From positions 434,001 through 498,000 of the forward strand of contig BROI01000021.1 of assembly GCA_027923505.1 (NCBI GenBank): a stretch of 64,000 bases of DNA, read 5' to 3'. Within the stretch, counting starts at the first letter, position 1. The number at the start of each line of letters is the position of its first letter. Position numbers and translations under genes: made by a program. Under the pieces are notes generated by a model that saw only the letters and a list, made by a program, of their open reading frames with translations, was not told the DNA's origin and did no database searches. The DNA is from Mayamaea pseudoterrestris (lineage: Eukaryota). Shown here piece by piece: positions 23,958-34,781 of this stretch.

Positions 23958-26900
23958 TTATGGCGATAACCCGTTCTGCAATAGCACAGTGTTCGTGTTA
24001 GCACAGGCTAGCATTTCCCCAAGGGTACCAACAAATCCTGGGGTGGCATCGCCTCGCCCATTCTTCCCACAAGTGGTCGGTATATCAAATTGCTCTCCAA
24101 GCTGTTCCAACATCGAATGGCGTCTACCATGTCGCTTTTTTGAGCGTGGTGACGACGCCATTTTTGCCTTGATGGCCTGCAGGAGTGCCTTGTCCGCTTC
24201 AAGTCGACGCTCTACCGTGTATTCAAAGTATTTAAGCTTCTTCTTTTTCTCGGCACTTAGTTCTTTCGTACGAGTCTCGTTGTTTGGCCTCGACTGGGCC
24301 TTATGACATACCTTTTCGGGACCCCGCCCATCGAGTGTGATAGGAGTATCGAGAATGTTTCGCTCTCCAGCGGCGACTTCAATTTTCGCTTTCATAGTTT
24401 GTGGTGGATTCCTGGCTTCGACAGTTTTAGATCCCTTTGTACCGGCACTTGCCCCAGACAGACGTTGCTGCTGACGCATTAGCGGCAATATCAGCGGTAT
24501 AGTCCTTTTCTTAGGCACAGTTTCACCGTGTCCATTGACTCTATCATGTTTTCCTGCAACGCGCCGACGAAGGTTTCCCAGCTTTCCTCGGATTCCTCCT
24601 CTCCCACTGTTTGTTACTTTTGATGTGTCAACGTTATGCTTTAAGACACCAGACACAACAGGTCCATCGTCGAGCAAACTGTTATCATCAGGAGACAAAA
24701 TTGATGCGGACGGCGACAACTCTGGTTCACGACAAGCCTTCAGTGCACCAGAAAAGATAAAGTTTCGACTCCGAAGTGAATCGGGTGTCCCCGCTCCACA
24801 GAGATCTCCCACAATGAGAGGTCCATCAAAAAGGTTGCGACAAGGCATGTTGCTCCTCGATTCCAGCTTGTTTGGCGTGCATGGACTCATGTAAAAGGCC
24901 GAACTGGACATTTTCGTAAGGGTTCTGGTATCGGGTTCGACTATTACAGCAACAACCGGTGGCTCTGTAAGTGGTGTGCCCGTTTCCTTCTGCGAAAAGG
25001 GCGATCCATCGATCAGCTTTGCTTTTAGGTGCCTGTATGCTTCCTCGAATGTCGGTGGTTCGTTTTTGCTTCTGACGGCATGTGTTATGTGATTTGAAGT
25101 GTGGGCAAGCAGTCGCTTCGCATTATGAAGAAAATTATCTTTGTGCCTAATGGAAACCTCAATGCCCTGGCAATTGTCGACAATCCTTTCTGGGCGATTA
25201 TGACTGTCGCTTCTGACACGGCTTAAAAACTGAACCGGAAGCAATCCGGTTAATTTTTTCTTGATTGTAGCCACACATTGCGGCTCTTCTGCCCGTGTTG
25301 CTGCTTTATTGGGCAGCACAGACACAACTTTCTTTTCTTGTTCTTCGCTCATTGAATTTGTGAAAGCCTGTGAAATCAGCTGCATTGCGTCAACGTTGGG
25401 CTCAATAGGCGGGGAGGAAGCGTCGCCAGTGAATTGACACGCGATGCCTTCATTCTCGCTCGATGCAGGGTTCTGTAACGGCAAGAAGGTCTCGGCTTTG
25501 CAGGACTCTTTGCTCTGCCCGATAATCTTCGACTCTGCTGCGGTGGCCAATAAAAAATCATCCTTATACGATGCCGTGTCGACAACGTCCATAGTTTTCA
25601 ATCCAACATCTGATTTGGTGGTCTGTCCAACCGATATTCTTATAGTTGCAGATTGGATAGCATTGCTGCTAGCACTTGGGAGTTCAACGTTTGGGAGACT
25701 TCGTTTCTGCTTTACGCCGGAACGTCCCGGAAAGCTCGATTTTTCAATAATGGGCGTTTTTAATGAATCTTCCTTGGAGTTAGCATAGCTTGTGCATGCC
25801 GCAGTTGAGTCGATTTCGAGTGATCGCGCTTTTTCGGAGTCGCCGAGAAACAAAATATCTGGAAATCGCCCCTCCATTTCAACACTGTCTGCGACCATGC
25901 CTATCTTGATTGGGGTAGCAGGATGATGAGAATGCCGCGCTAATGGCGAAATCATGCCGTGTGAAGTCTTTTGGAAAGAGCGTTGCGTAATCGTTCCTTC
26001 GTTGTTGACTTTGTTTCCTTCTGAATCATAAAGGCTAATTTTACTCAGAACGGCTTCGATATTGCCGGTGGCTGCGCCTGGATCATTGTGGGCACTTCCA
26101 GCAAGGTGAAGACCATTGGTGCTGTTCAAACTACATTCTCGTTTCATATCACCAGCAGCCATCGACTTGGTTATAGACGAGTCTTTCTCGCGAGATTTTG
26201 GAATAACATTGAATTCTTTCCTCGCTTTGCTTCGACCAAGCCTTGTCTCCTTTCTCTCATCGCGCCATTTACTTAGAGCGGACGGGCGCCGACACTTACT
26301 GTGTACGTCGACCACAGCTACTGGAGCGTCCTTTTCCAAGCACAGTTCAACTTCTGAACCATCGTCTGCTCGTTCGCACAGAACGATATGAGATGTGCGG
26401 ACGGACACATTGTGTTCGACAACGGGTAATACTGGCGCTACTTGAGTTTCGTCTTGGGAATGTTCTTTTGTTTGTTTCTGTGCCTGTATATCTTTGACTA
26501 CCGCCGGAACCAGCGCCTGTACGCTTTGTTCTTTGAGTTCGATCCTGGATTGAGCACGCTGTCGTAGACCTGACTTACCGGCGGACTTCATGCCTTGCGA
26601 TGGCACATGCTCAATCGACGAGCCAATTAAAGAATGCGCAAGAGATTTTCTTGTTACGGGACGAATCGCTTGTGAAAAGGGTGCGTGAGGTGGAGTTAAA
26701 ACTATCTCCTCTGCTCTTTGTGAAACATGAAGCGTTTTGGGAGCGGACATCTTACTCGTTTCTTTGACTGCCTTGATATTTCTTCGAGATGAAAGACATG
26801 ACGGGCTCTTGTTACTCGGAAAGAGGGGTGACCTAGCAATTTGCTTGATTACATGACTCGTTTGTGCTGACCCATTCAACCGCTTGGGCGTTACTTGTGT

Positions 26901-28145
26901 CTCATTCGGTTGAAGCACACAATCCTCCAAGACTGCGGGCGAGAGTGGTGTTCTGATAAAATCGAGGTCAGGATGCACCACCGAATCGCTGTGTTTATTA
27001 CCAAGGCTGTCGTTCATTGTGTTCCGGCTCTCTCTTAGCACTTCGTTCTTCATTGACAAGTTATTGATGATATCGACGATTTCTGTTTGCTCAAGTTGGT
27101 CCATTGAGTTACCCCATAGCTTTCCTTCGTGTATCTCCGGTGTCTCGGCAAAAGTGACTCGATTATGGACCCGCCGACCCTTCGATGTTGCTTCCACCGT
27201 CCTGATGGGAAGCTTTTCCCATAGCGAGAGTCCTCCCCATAGCCGATCTGGCTTCACGCGCCCACTGCCTGGCTGCTCAAACATTATCTCTTCCTCACCA
27301 TCTTCAACGTTTTTGAGTCGTAACGATATCGATCCAGCGTCCGAACTGTTGCTGGAAATAGACTGTTTAGTGTCTTTGGACAGTCGCAAGTCTTCCAAAA
27401 TGTCGTCGGCGCCCGGAGTCAACGGGCAGTTGTAGTCGCTCATTGTGATTTCCTTTGCTGATTCCGTTATCCTTTTGGCTTCGCTTTTAGAGCTTGTGGC
27501 TCGTGACACGTCTTTCTTCTTGGTACTTTTGGTACTTTTGGGGATGCCAGAATGCTTCGTACTCTGTGCAGCCAGTGAAGAGTTTAGTGCAAATTGTCTC
27601 GCTTCCTTGTGACCTTTTTCAGCTTTGTTTTTGAGCATGGAAATGACCTTATGCGGCATGGAAGACGTCATTCCCGATGCTGCAGCTGCTAGGGATGCTT
27701 GAGACATTTTGCTTCGGGTGGAATCGTCAAGGTATGAAGGCGTGACGGTACTCATCTTCGTTAACGTATCCTCGGCCTCGACTCTATTAACCTGTATCGT
27801 GCTTCCCTCCAAACTGAGAGCGCTCATGAAATCTGTGTCATCATCTACATTAGATGCCAGTGAGCTTACTCCACCGTTGAAAAGTTTGTTAATTGTTCCC
27901 TTATCAATGTACTTTGACAAACCGCGGTCGAGGTAGTCGTCAATCAACCGATCTAAATCTTCTGCAGTCGCTCGAATGCCAGGCAACGGAATGAGATCAG
28001 CTAGTGGCGGCACGTCGCGGCTATCTTCGTCACTATAAAATGAAAGACTGTCATAGGAGTGACTGTCATCGTCCGAGTAGGAGCAACTCTCGTTGGTATC
28101 GAATGTACCTCTGCCGCCGACGCGAGGCGTGAAAAAGTTTGACAT
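23958..28145 (-). CDS. Large low-complexity, probably disordered hypothetical protein (~1395 aa)
   Basis: Uninterrupted 4.2-kb ORF, Ser/Lys/Thr-rich, no recognised domain. Confidence 0.75.
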   Translation of the reverse strand: MSNFFTPRVGGRGTFDTNESCSYSDDDSHSYDSLSFYSDEDSRDVPPLADLIPLPGIRATAEDLDRLIDDYLDRGLSKYIDKGTINKLFNGGVSSLASNVDDDTDFMSALSLEGSTIQVNRVEAEDTLTKMSTVTPSYLDDSTRSKMSQASLAAAASGMTSSMPHKVISMLKNKAEKGHKEARQFALNSSLAAQSTKHSGIPKSTKSTKKKDVSRATSSKSEAKRITESAKEITMSDYNCPLTPGADDILEDLRLSKDTKQSISSNSSDAGSISLRLKNVEDGEEEIMFEQPGSGRVKPDRLWGGLSLWEKLPIRTVEATSKGRRVHNRVTFAETPEIHEGKLWGNSMDQLEQTEIVDIINNLSMKNEVLRESRNTMNDSLGNKHSDSVVHPDLDFIRTPLSPAVLEDCVLQPNETQVTPKRLNGSAQTSHVIKQIARSPLFPSNKSPSCLSSRRNIKAVKETSKMSAPKTLHVSQRAEEIVLTPPHAPFSQAIRPVTRKSLAHSLIGSSIEHVPSQGMKSAGKSGLRQRAQSRIELKEQSVQALVPAVVKDIQAQKQTKEHSQDETQVAPVLPVVEHNVSVRTSHIVLCERADDGSEVELCLEKDAPVAVVDVHSKCRRPSALSKWRDERKETRLGRSKARKEFNVIPKSREKDSSITKSMAAGDMKRECSLNSTNGLHLAGSAHNDPGAATGNIEAVLSKISLYDSEGNKVNNEGTITQRSFQKTSHGMISPLARHSHHPATPIKIGMVADSVEMEGRFPDILFLGDSEKARSLEIDSTAACTSYANSKEDSLKTPIIEKSSFPGRSGVKQKRSLPNVELPSASSNAIQSATIRISVGQTTKSDVGLKTMDVVDTASYKDDFLLATAAESKIIGQSKESCKAETFLPLQNPASSENEGIACQFTGDASSPPIEPNVDAMQLISQAFTNSMSEEQEKKVVSVLPNKAATRAEEPQCVATIKKKLTGLLPVQFLSRVRSDSHNRPERIVDNCQGIEVSIRHKDNFLHNAKRLLAHTSNHITHAVRSKNEPPTFEEAYRHLKAKLIDGSPFSQKETGTPLTEPPVVAVIVEPDTRTLTKMSSSAFYMSPCTPNKLESRSNMPCRNLFDGPLIVGDLCGAGTPDSLRSRNFIFSGALKACREPELSPSASILSPDDNSLLDDGPVVSGVLKHNVDTSKVTNSGRGGIRGKLGNLRRRVAGKHDRVNGHGETVPKKRTIPLILPLMRQQQRLSGASAGTKGSKTVEARNPPQTMKAKIEVAAGERNILDTPITLDGRGPEKVCHKAQSRPNNETRTKELSAEKKKKLKYFEYTVERRLEADKALLQAIKAKMASSPRSKKRHGRRHSMLEQLGEQFDIPTTCGKNGRGDATPGFVGTLGEMLACANTNTVLLQNGLSP

Positions 28146-28552
28146 GCTGCTTTTAATGATAAAAAGCGCACCCAAATTGCAACGTAAAAGTCAAGATCGA
28201 CAGGCACTGATAAATCGCGCTAACTTTGATTCGATGGCTTTCGGCTATTCAGATGTTCCTACTATAGGCTCGGTTTGAGCGAACTGCGGGTGGGCGGGTG
28301 GGCGATGCACCTCTCGCCAAATTGGTCGTGGCACGCTGCTCTGAATATGACTGTGAAACGTCATTTCGTCACAGAATTATATACCGCTGCGACATTTACG
28401 GAACGAAAATCTAACCGGAAGCATCAAAGAAAGATGACGATCGTGTTACTTGCATACGACGTAATGACTACTGCGTGTAGGAAAATCTCGATTCATATTG
28501 CAGCCTCCACCTATCTGACACTTCTAAAGACCTCAGTTGCTTACGGAGTAAC

Positions 28553-29470
28553 ATGTCGAAGAAACGCGCCGGATTCCAAGCGGCTGCACACCTAATCTTG
28601 ACGGAGAACGCTCTCACCTGGGAACGGGTTGACGACAGATTTGATCAGGTGATCCACTCAATAACCAACCTCCGGGCGTACCACGATTCCTTACGAATCA
28701 TGGCGGAGCAGCTGTCTAAAGATTCGCAGGACATGGCGAGCATTTCTAAAAACGATTTGCTTCAGATTGTTGGATGGAAGCATCGCGTCGGGCAGAATCG
28801 AGCGTACAATGTGAAACTCATACAGGCCAATACGGATTCAATCATCGAAAGCCATTCGCATGCCGCCATCATTCTAGCGCGGAAGATTGACGCGACCACA
28901 GTCTTGACAAATGACGGTGAACTGAACGTGCACGGCCAGACAGCTGTCCGAGAACCCCTGTCCGAGTTGATGATTCTTAAAGGTGTCGGACCAGCCACAG
29001 CTAGCGCCGTGCTGATGCTCATTCGACCCGATGTATTCTGCTACATGTACGATGAGGTGATCGACTGCTTCGAAACGGCGCGTGATTATACATTGAGTCA
29101 ATATGTCAGAATAAACAGTCGCTGCTTGCAGATCGCGCAAAAGTTAGGATTAGGCTGGACGACGAGTCGAGTCGCAAGGGCCATCTGGACAGCAGCTCGC
29201 GAAATGGCGATGCATGGAATCGACTTGTCACAAGACAAGGCGAAGGACACGGCAGGTCATAGCAAAATAATGCTCGAACCAACTTCTTTCTCGAACAACA
29301 AGCGTAAAGCTGCAATTTTGGACAGTTGCATGGGTATGGGGGAATTGGAGGAAGTCAATGTCACAAAAGATGATGACACACTCCAACTTAAAAGCAGTAC
29401 ACGCGAGAGCAGGCACGAAGCTGGTGGCAAGGCAGTTACACGAGCGTCGACTGGGAAACGAAAAGTTTGA
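28553..29470 (+). CDS. Helix-hairpin-helix motif protein (uncharacterised DNA glycosylase-like family)
   Basis: HhH motif 'LMILKGVGPATASAVL', plus 'LLQIVGWK', 'YMYDE' and 'RVARAIW'. Confidence 0.7.
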   Translation: MSKKRAGFQAAAHLILTENALTWERVDDRFDQVIHSITNLRAYHDSLRIMAEQLSKDSQDMASISKNDLLQIVGWKHRVGQNRAYNVKLIQANTDSIIESHSHAAIILARKIDATTVLTNDGELNVHGQTAVREPLSELMILKGVGPATASAVLMLIRPDVFCYMYDEVIDCFETARDYTLSQYVRINSRCLQIAQKLGLGWTTSRVARAIWTAAREMAMHGIDLSQDKAKDTAGHSKIMLEPTSFSNNKRKAAILDSCMGMGELEEVNVTKDDDTLQLKSSTRESRHEAGGKAVTRASTGKRKV

Positions 29471-30226
29471 ACTACAAAGTTGGCAAAGTCCAGGCCCCAT
29501 GCTTTGATTTGGCACGCGAAAATGTTTCAGAGAAGATACTTGAGGCGAGGGTATTCAATCCACAAACCATTTGAATATGCTGGCTTTGAGGATATAAAAT
29601 GGAGTTCAAACGTTTACAATAATTTCCTCATCGAGTCGTTTACACAAACAAGCTGCCAGAGAGCGTGTCAAAAAGAAAGAGGCTGCTGGCAACGATAGCA
29701 ATCATCTCCGGACAAACGACGTCAAATGACGACCTTCCCCAATCAGCTCTTTTGCTGGGACCTGATGCGCGCTTCACAGTCAAGGTCGGTCCCGGTTGGA
29801 CGAGACAGGAGCTGTTAATGTCCGGGTGCTGCCAATGGCTCACCAGCGATGACAGTGCTGCCTTCGACTCCAGTGTATTCGCGATCGGAACTTGAACAAT
29901 ACATTTAGAAAGCTTTCGCGTAATGCGATTGTATAGGGCTCCGAGAGGCTCCGCTTGCAGCACTCAGTGGCGGTAGAGGCCGCGCACGAGACGTCAGCGA
30001 TGTGTGAAGGCACTTTGCAGGTTTTTGAAAACATTCGAAGACGGTTAAAACGTTGTGTTACGCTCTATGATAGATGCACAGGGCTCTGTGGTGATGTGCT
30101 AACCAAGAGCATTGAATCGACCATTTAAGCTCGAACTCCCATAATGCTTGAAGTGTGCAAGAATTGCACGAGGTGCCGTTGCTATGTATACGAAACGGGA
30201 AATACAACATTAATGTTATTTGTGGC

Positions 30227-32176
30227 TTAAGCTTCATCGTCGCATGCAGTGCCAATGCAATTTTGTTCATCGTCGCCGCATGTCGTAGGCGGATGGTCAA
30301 TGGACGGACATTGCTTGGCTGCGTTTGCACTGCGTATTTTTTCTATCCGCACAGGTACTACTTCTAGAGGATTGCGAGACTTGATCGTCACAACGTCCAT
30401 CGCCCTTTCAATATAATCCATGTATTGACACTCGATATCATAGTCCAACAGCAAACATGGCAATGCTGGAGCCGGGTCAAGAAAGAAATCGTCCGCCTGA
30501 GCGTACCCAAACAAAAGTCCTGATTTCGTCTCGCCGTCAGTAGATACTTTGGGCACGAGGACAAACGATTGTTCGCCTTTCTCTTGGGCAAGGTTGTGAA
30601 ATTTGCAAGTTGATTGGCTTGAAGCGGATACTTGTAGCAGCAGGGCGAGGCCTTTCTTCTCTAGACAGCGAAAAAGGGATCGCGTCAAAACTTGCATTTC
30701 CTGTGTCGTTGCAAAGCTGGCAAAGATTCCCGATTGGACCGTGATAGGCACGCCAAACATGAGACTCAAATCTATTGATGCGTGGGGCAAAGCTTGTACA
30801 AGTTCCAGTTTGCAGCCTTCGAGGGCCTTCAGATCTGTTAATAGAATTCTGGCGCTAATGGAATCGAGCGCAAACGGCATTGTTCGATAACTCGCATCGA
30901 ATGCCACCTTGAATTGCGTTCCGTCTAGGAGTTCCGGAAGCTCGAGGACGATGCGAGCTTGAATATCTTGAGCTACTACAGATTTTCGCAAAATCTGGCG
31001 CGACAAGAGTTTGTATCCGGCGGAGCAATGTTCAATGACGGTAAATCGTAGGTCCATTGGAACTGTACTTGCAGCTGCAGTATCACTGGCTACACCTTGA
31101 TGATATCCTGTGGTCCGTAAAGACATCTCGTATTTGATGGCATGAATGCATTTCGTCATGGCAAGCAAGTGACTGGTTTGAAACAATGAGATATTTTTCT
31201 CAAATTCACCTTCCAATCTTTTGGCTCTGTCATGTACCTGCCCTCTCTCTGGATCCGCGAGCGTCAATCGCCCCGTTTCGGCCACAACAAAGTGAATGGA
31301 CCCGACGTCTCGGTTCTCGATCAAGGGAGCGATTCGGTTCAAAAAAGATACTACGCCCGTCCGGTGGCCATCCTCGCTCGTATCACAAAAAATAGCCAAA
31401 TCCGTAGTTACCAGCATAACATCCAAGGGAGGGGAGTCAACAAAGCTCTCTTTTACCATCACATTGACCATCTCGCCGTAGATCTTCCAAGAATATTTCG
31501 CGGATAACTCTTTGGGAACTGTTGCAACATGATGTTTCATGGTCTTATTAGGATCTTGCTCATACACCAGAGGCTTTAGCATGCTGTATTCGCTATCCGA
31601 TGTTACTGCATCAACAGGAACTCGTTGAATGCCAACTGAAAGTTTGCTAGTAGAAGGAACGGTGGTGGCAATATGATCAGGAGCGATTCCGCGGCTGGTC
31701 ATTGTTTGGACAAAGCCACGAAATCCATCGCAAACGTCAACGCCGTCTTGCATGCGCAGGCTGCGACAGTCAAAACCAATTGCTCGGCAAGCGTCGTTGT
31801 AGCGTTTATTCTCGTGCGACATTGTATTATCCGCGTCTACAATAGCAGCATTGGGTGCATTGTGTTCCGTCGTCGGCACCATTGTGGCGATTGCATCGTT
31901 CAAATTCTCGTCATTGATGCCAGTCTTTAAAGCCTTGGTGTCACTTTCATCAACCCAATCTAAGATGTCTTCTTTTGTTTCAAAAGATTTTTGCTGCTTC
32001 TGCAACTTCTCATATTCCTTGACTTCTGCGTTGTCGATCGAAAGATCCTCCGTCGTCGTCGCATCGCTAGGTTTCTTGCTGAAACGATTCTGCTGTTTCT
32101 TTGCAAACGGATTACTCGCTCCGAGGGCTGAGCCAGGTCCTGAGATTCTTATTGTAGGTTTAAGTTGTCGAGGCAT
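30227..32176 (-). CDS. Hypothetical protein with a C-terminal region resembling meiosis 1 arrest protein (M1AP)
   Basis: 649-aa ORF containing 'LELVQALPHASIDLSLMFGVPI...LFRCLEKKGLALLL...FVLVP...IERAMDVV...NPL'. Confidence 0.6.
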   Translation of the reverse strand: MPRQLKPTIRISGPGSALGASNPFAKKQQNRFSKKPSDATTTEDLSIDNAEVKEYEKLQKQQKSFETKEDILDWVDESDTKALKTGINDENLNDAIATMVPTTEHNAPNAAIVDADNTMSHENKRYNDACRAIGFDCRSLRMQDGVDVCDGFRGFVQTMTSRGIAPDHIATTVPSTSKLSVGIQRVPVDAVTSDSEYSMLKPLVYEQDPNKTMKHHVATVPKELSAKYSWKIYGEMVNVMVKESFVDSPPLDVMLVTTDLAIFCDTSEDGHRTGVVSFLNRIAPLIENRDVGSIHFVVAETGRLTLADPERGQVHDRAKRLEGEFEKNISLFQTSHLLAMTKCIHAIKYEMSLRTTGYHQGVASDTAAASTVPMDLRFTVIEHCSAGYKLLSRQILRKSVVAQDIQARIVLELPELLDGTQFKVAFDASYRTMPFALDSISARILLTDLKALEGCKLELVQALPHASIDLSLMFGVPITVQSGIFASFATTQEMQVLTRSLFRCLEKKGLALLLQVSASSQSTCKFHNLAQEKGEQSFVLVPKVSTDGETKSGLLFGYAQADDFFLDPAPALPCLLLDYDIECQYMDYIERAMDVVTIKSRNPLEVVPVRIEKIRSANAAKQCPSIDHPPTTCGDDEQNCIGTACDDEA

Positions 32177-32405
32177 GATGTCAATCTTTACTTGTGGTGC
32201 ATGATGTTGGCGAATTTGGCGTCGTCGCGAAAAGCGTGCAAGAAGTCGAAATATGCAATCGTGATTTGCGTGTCTTACCGTGTTTGCTCATTGTTACCGT
32301 AGCTAAACACGATTTTTCGTTCTGTACTTACTTTTGGTTGACCGGTGCAGTAGATGCAACTGACAGGCAGCAAAAAGAAACAAATCTATAATCTGATAAT
32401 TTGAA

Positions 32406-34781
32406 TTATCTAGATTTTCTGTTTCTCAGTTTAAAGGGAAGTTTTGTTTCGATGGCACGGTTATTCAGCCACACCCCGCCACCGCCTTCCCACCGAACAA
32501 CTTCCACTTCTTGAGGGCTAAAAGTTTTCACGGGATCGACTACAACTTCATCTTCTGGTCTCAACCCACGCTTCGGAATCAAATCATTGCTGACGGTAAT
32601 GGCTTCGCCAATGGCTCTCTGGTATACTTGCTGGGCAGCATCAACATTAGCTTGGCGCTGCTCCATTAGTTCGTAGTTGCGCCAGAGCGAAATCTTATCG
32701 TCACTTCCCGGAGCAAATTTGGGCAAGGCACGCTCAAATATGGATCTGGCGTCGCGAATGTTGCCAAGATCCGCTTCCATGCTTGCCCATGCGGTAATGG
32801 CAGGGACGTTGCGGCTGTCCGCGTCAAGCGCGCGACTAAAGCAGCGTCGAGCAGCTGCATAATCCTCCTCCCGCGCCTCCAAGATCCCCCACGCTTGCCA
32901 TAGCCTTGCGCAATGGTAGCCGCCCGAATTGTCTCCATTCAACTGGGCGCAAGCCCAAATTCCTTGTTGGAACACCCTGCGTGCATCTTCTGCTAAGCCG
33001 TGTTTCGTTTCCAGCACACCCCATGCTTGCCAGACGGGAGAGTGACGTTTGTTGACTTTCGTACCGCGACGTAGCAATTTTCTGGCAGCATCCATATCAC
33101 CAAGCTCGGCAACATACAACGCATATGCTTGCAGTACGCCAGCGTCACGTGGGTTTGCGTCAAGTGCTCGCTCAAACAAGTCAATTGCCTTTCTACTTTT
33201 TCCACCCGGTCGCTTAGTTTCCATAATAGCATAAGCCTGCAATACCCGTGAGTTGCGCTGGTCAAACTTTAAAACCTTCTCAAAGCACTCTTCGGCATCT
33301 TTCCAGTTCTCCGCGCTAGATTCCATTACGCCAAGTTGAAGCAACGCAGCTGAGCAAGTAGGATCAGCTTTCAACGCAGATTTGAAAAGTTCCCTGGCCT
33401 TTCTCGCGTCTCCGGCTTTGTTGCATTCCAGTGTCGCCCATGCAGTGTAAACGTAAGCTGACGGCGGCAAACCGGCTTTCATGAGCTCATGCTCCGCTTC
33501 CTGGTAGCAAACTCGACCTGCATTGACACCTTGTCCAAGTTTTCGGGTTCGCAGTTGCGCAAGCGATACCCAACCAGCCGCGTGGGACGGTCGCGATCGA
33601 ACTGTGGCTATGTACAGCGCCTCGGCTTGCCCCAAGTTTCCCATTCGTTCCTCTAAACAACCCAGCGCTTGTAGCAAAAATGGGTTCGCACCTCGGTCTT
33701 TGCTGGATGGCGTAAATGCTCTAGCTATTCCTGCCTTTAGATAGCTTCGCGCAAGCTTAAAATCCCTTCGCCGTTGTGCACATCGACTAAGCCCTAGATA
33801 CGCGCGACCGTCGCGAGGGTCCAGCTGCATGGCTTGCTCGTACAACTCCTGCGCCTCTTCAATTCTTCCATGGCGAAAGTCTTTTTTTGCTAAATAGTTG
33901 AGTCGATCAGCATTAATCTTTAGTGGATTACCGACTCGTATGCCATCGCGGAACTGCACCGCACCGTCAGTAACCATGTAGGTGGTGGTATCAAATGTCC
34001 CTTCTGACGTCCGTCGCATGCCATAAATTTGATCCTCCACTAAGCGAGTTAGTCCACGATCAATGCGGTATGTTGAATTTGTTGTTAAGGCAGTGATGTT
34101 CAAGTCGATGGATGACGATGCCGCCAATCGCGAGGCAGCCACCTTCTCCGGTACTTTTGCCTGTACTTTTTTAAGTGGCGGAGGCGATGATCGCATTTCT
34201 GATACAAGTGATAATTTTTGTGCTATCAATGGTAGACGAAATGCTGTTGATTTTCGTTCCAGGCTAGGATTCTTCCACGTTAAGCTGCTCTCGCCTGAAA
34301 CAAGTACATTTGAACGCTTCGCGTTAATTTCGATATCACGTTCCTTGGCGGCATACAAGTCTCGATGAACCGACTCGGTGTCAATGACTGGTCCAGGAAA
34401 GAGTGACTCGAATGACCATATTGGACTTTCTCCTCGTGCATCCGCCTTTTCCATGATGCGTTCGAACTCGGCTTGTCGCTCCTGCTGAAGGAACTGCAGT
34501 TCCTTTTCCGTCTCGGGTATTCGCTTGCGCTGATATCGAGTCCGCCGTAATCTCTCTCGCTGCTTTCTAAAATCAAAGGGCCGTTTGTTTGTGAATGTGA
34601 CTCGTTGTCGCGGAATTTGAGTGAAAATCATGCTGGTTGTATCAAAGGCAGCTGTTCTCTCCGACTTGGATGAAGAAGTAAAGGCAAATGATGATGAAAC
34701 GAAGAATAGAATGACGAGGATCTGCCATTGCTGCATTTCTATCTTGGCAGTGGCAATTCTAAGAAGCCGTTTATCCATCAT
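32406..34781 (-). CDS. Plastid HAT/TPR-repeat RNA maturation factor (Mbb1/HCF107-like)
   Basis: Signal peptide + 'SFA-F', and many HAT repeats (WQAWGVLE, LQAYA, ARxLFxxA). Confidence 0.8.
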   Translation of the reverse strand: MMDKRLLRIATAKIEMQQWQILVILFFVSSSFAFTSSSKSERTAAFDTTSMIFTQIPRQRVTFTNKRPFDFRKQRERLRRTRYQRKRIPETEKELQFLQQERQAEFERIMEKADARGESPIWSFESLFPGPVIDTESVHRDLYAAKERDIEINAKRSNVLVSGESSLTWKNPSLERKSTAFRLPLIAQKLSLVSEMRSSPPPLKKVQAKVPEKVAASRLAASSSIDLNITALTTNSTYRIDRGLTRLVEDQIYGMRRTSEGTFDTTTYMVTDGAVQFRDGIRVGNPLKINADRLNYLAKKDFRHGRIEEAQELYEQAMQLDPRDGRAYLGLSRCAQRRRDFKLARSYLKAGIARAFTPSSKDRGANPFLLQALGCLEERMGNLGQAEALYIATVRSRPSHAAGWVSLAQLRTRKLGQGVNAGRVCYQEAEHELMKAGLPPSAYVYTAWATLECNKAGDARKARELFKSALKADPTCSAALLQLGVMESSAENWKDAEECFEKVLKFDQRNSRVLQAYAIMETKRPGGKSRKAIDLFERALDANPRDAGVLQAYALYVAELGDMDAARKLLRRGTKVNKRHSPVWQAWGVLETKHGLAEDARRVFQQGIWACAQLNGDNSGGYHCARLWQAWGILEAREEDYAAARRCFSRALDADSRNVPAITAWASMEADLGNIRDARSIFERALPKFAPGSDDKISLWRNYELMEQRQANVDAAQQVYQRAIGEAITVSNDLIPKRGLRPEDEVVVDPVKTFSPQEVEVVRWEGGGGVWLNNRAIETKLPFKLRNRKSR

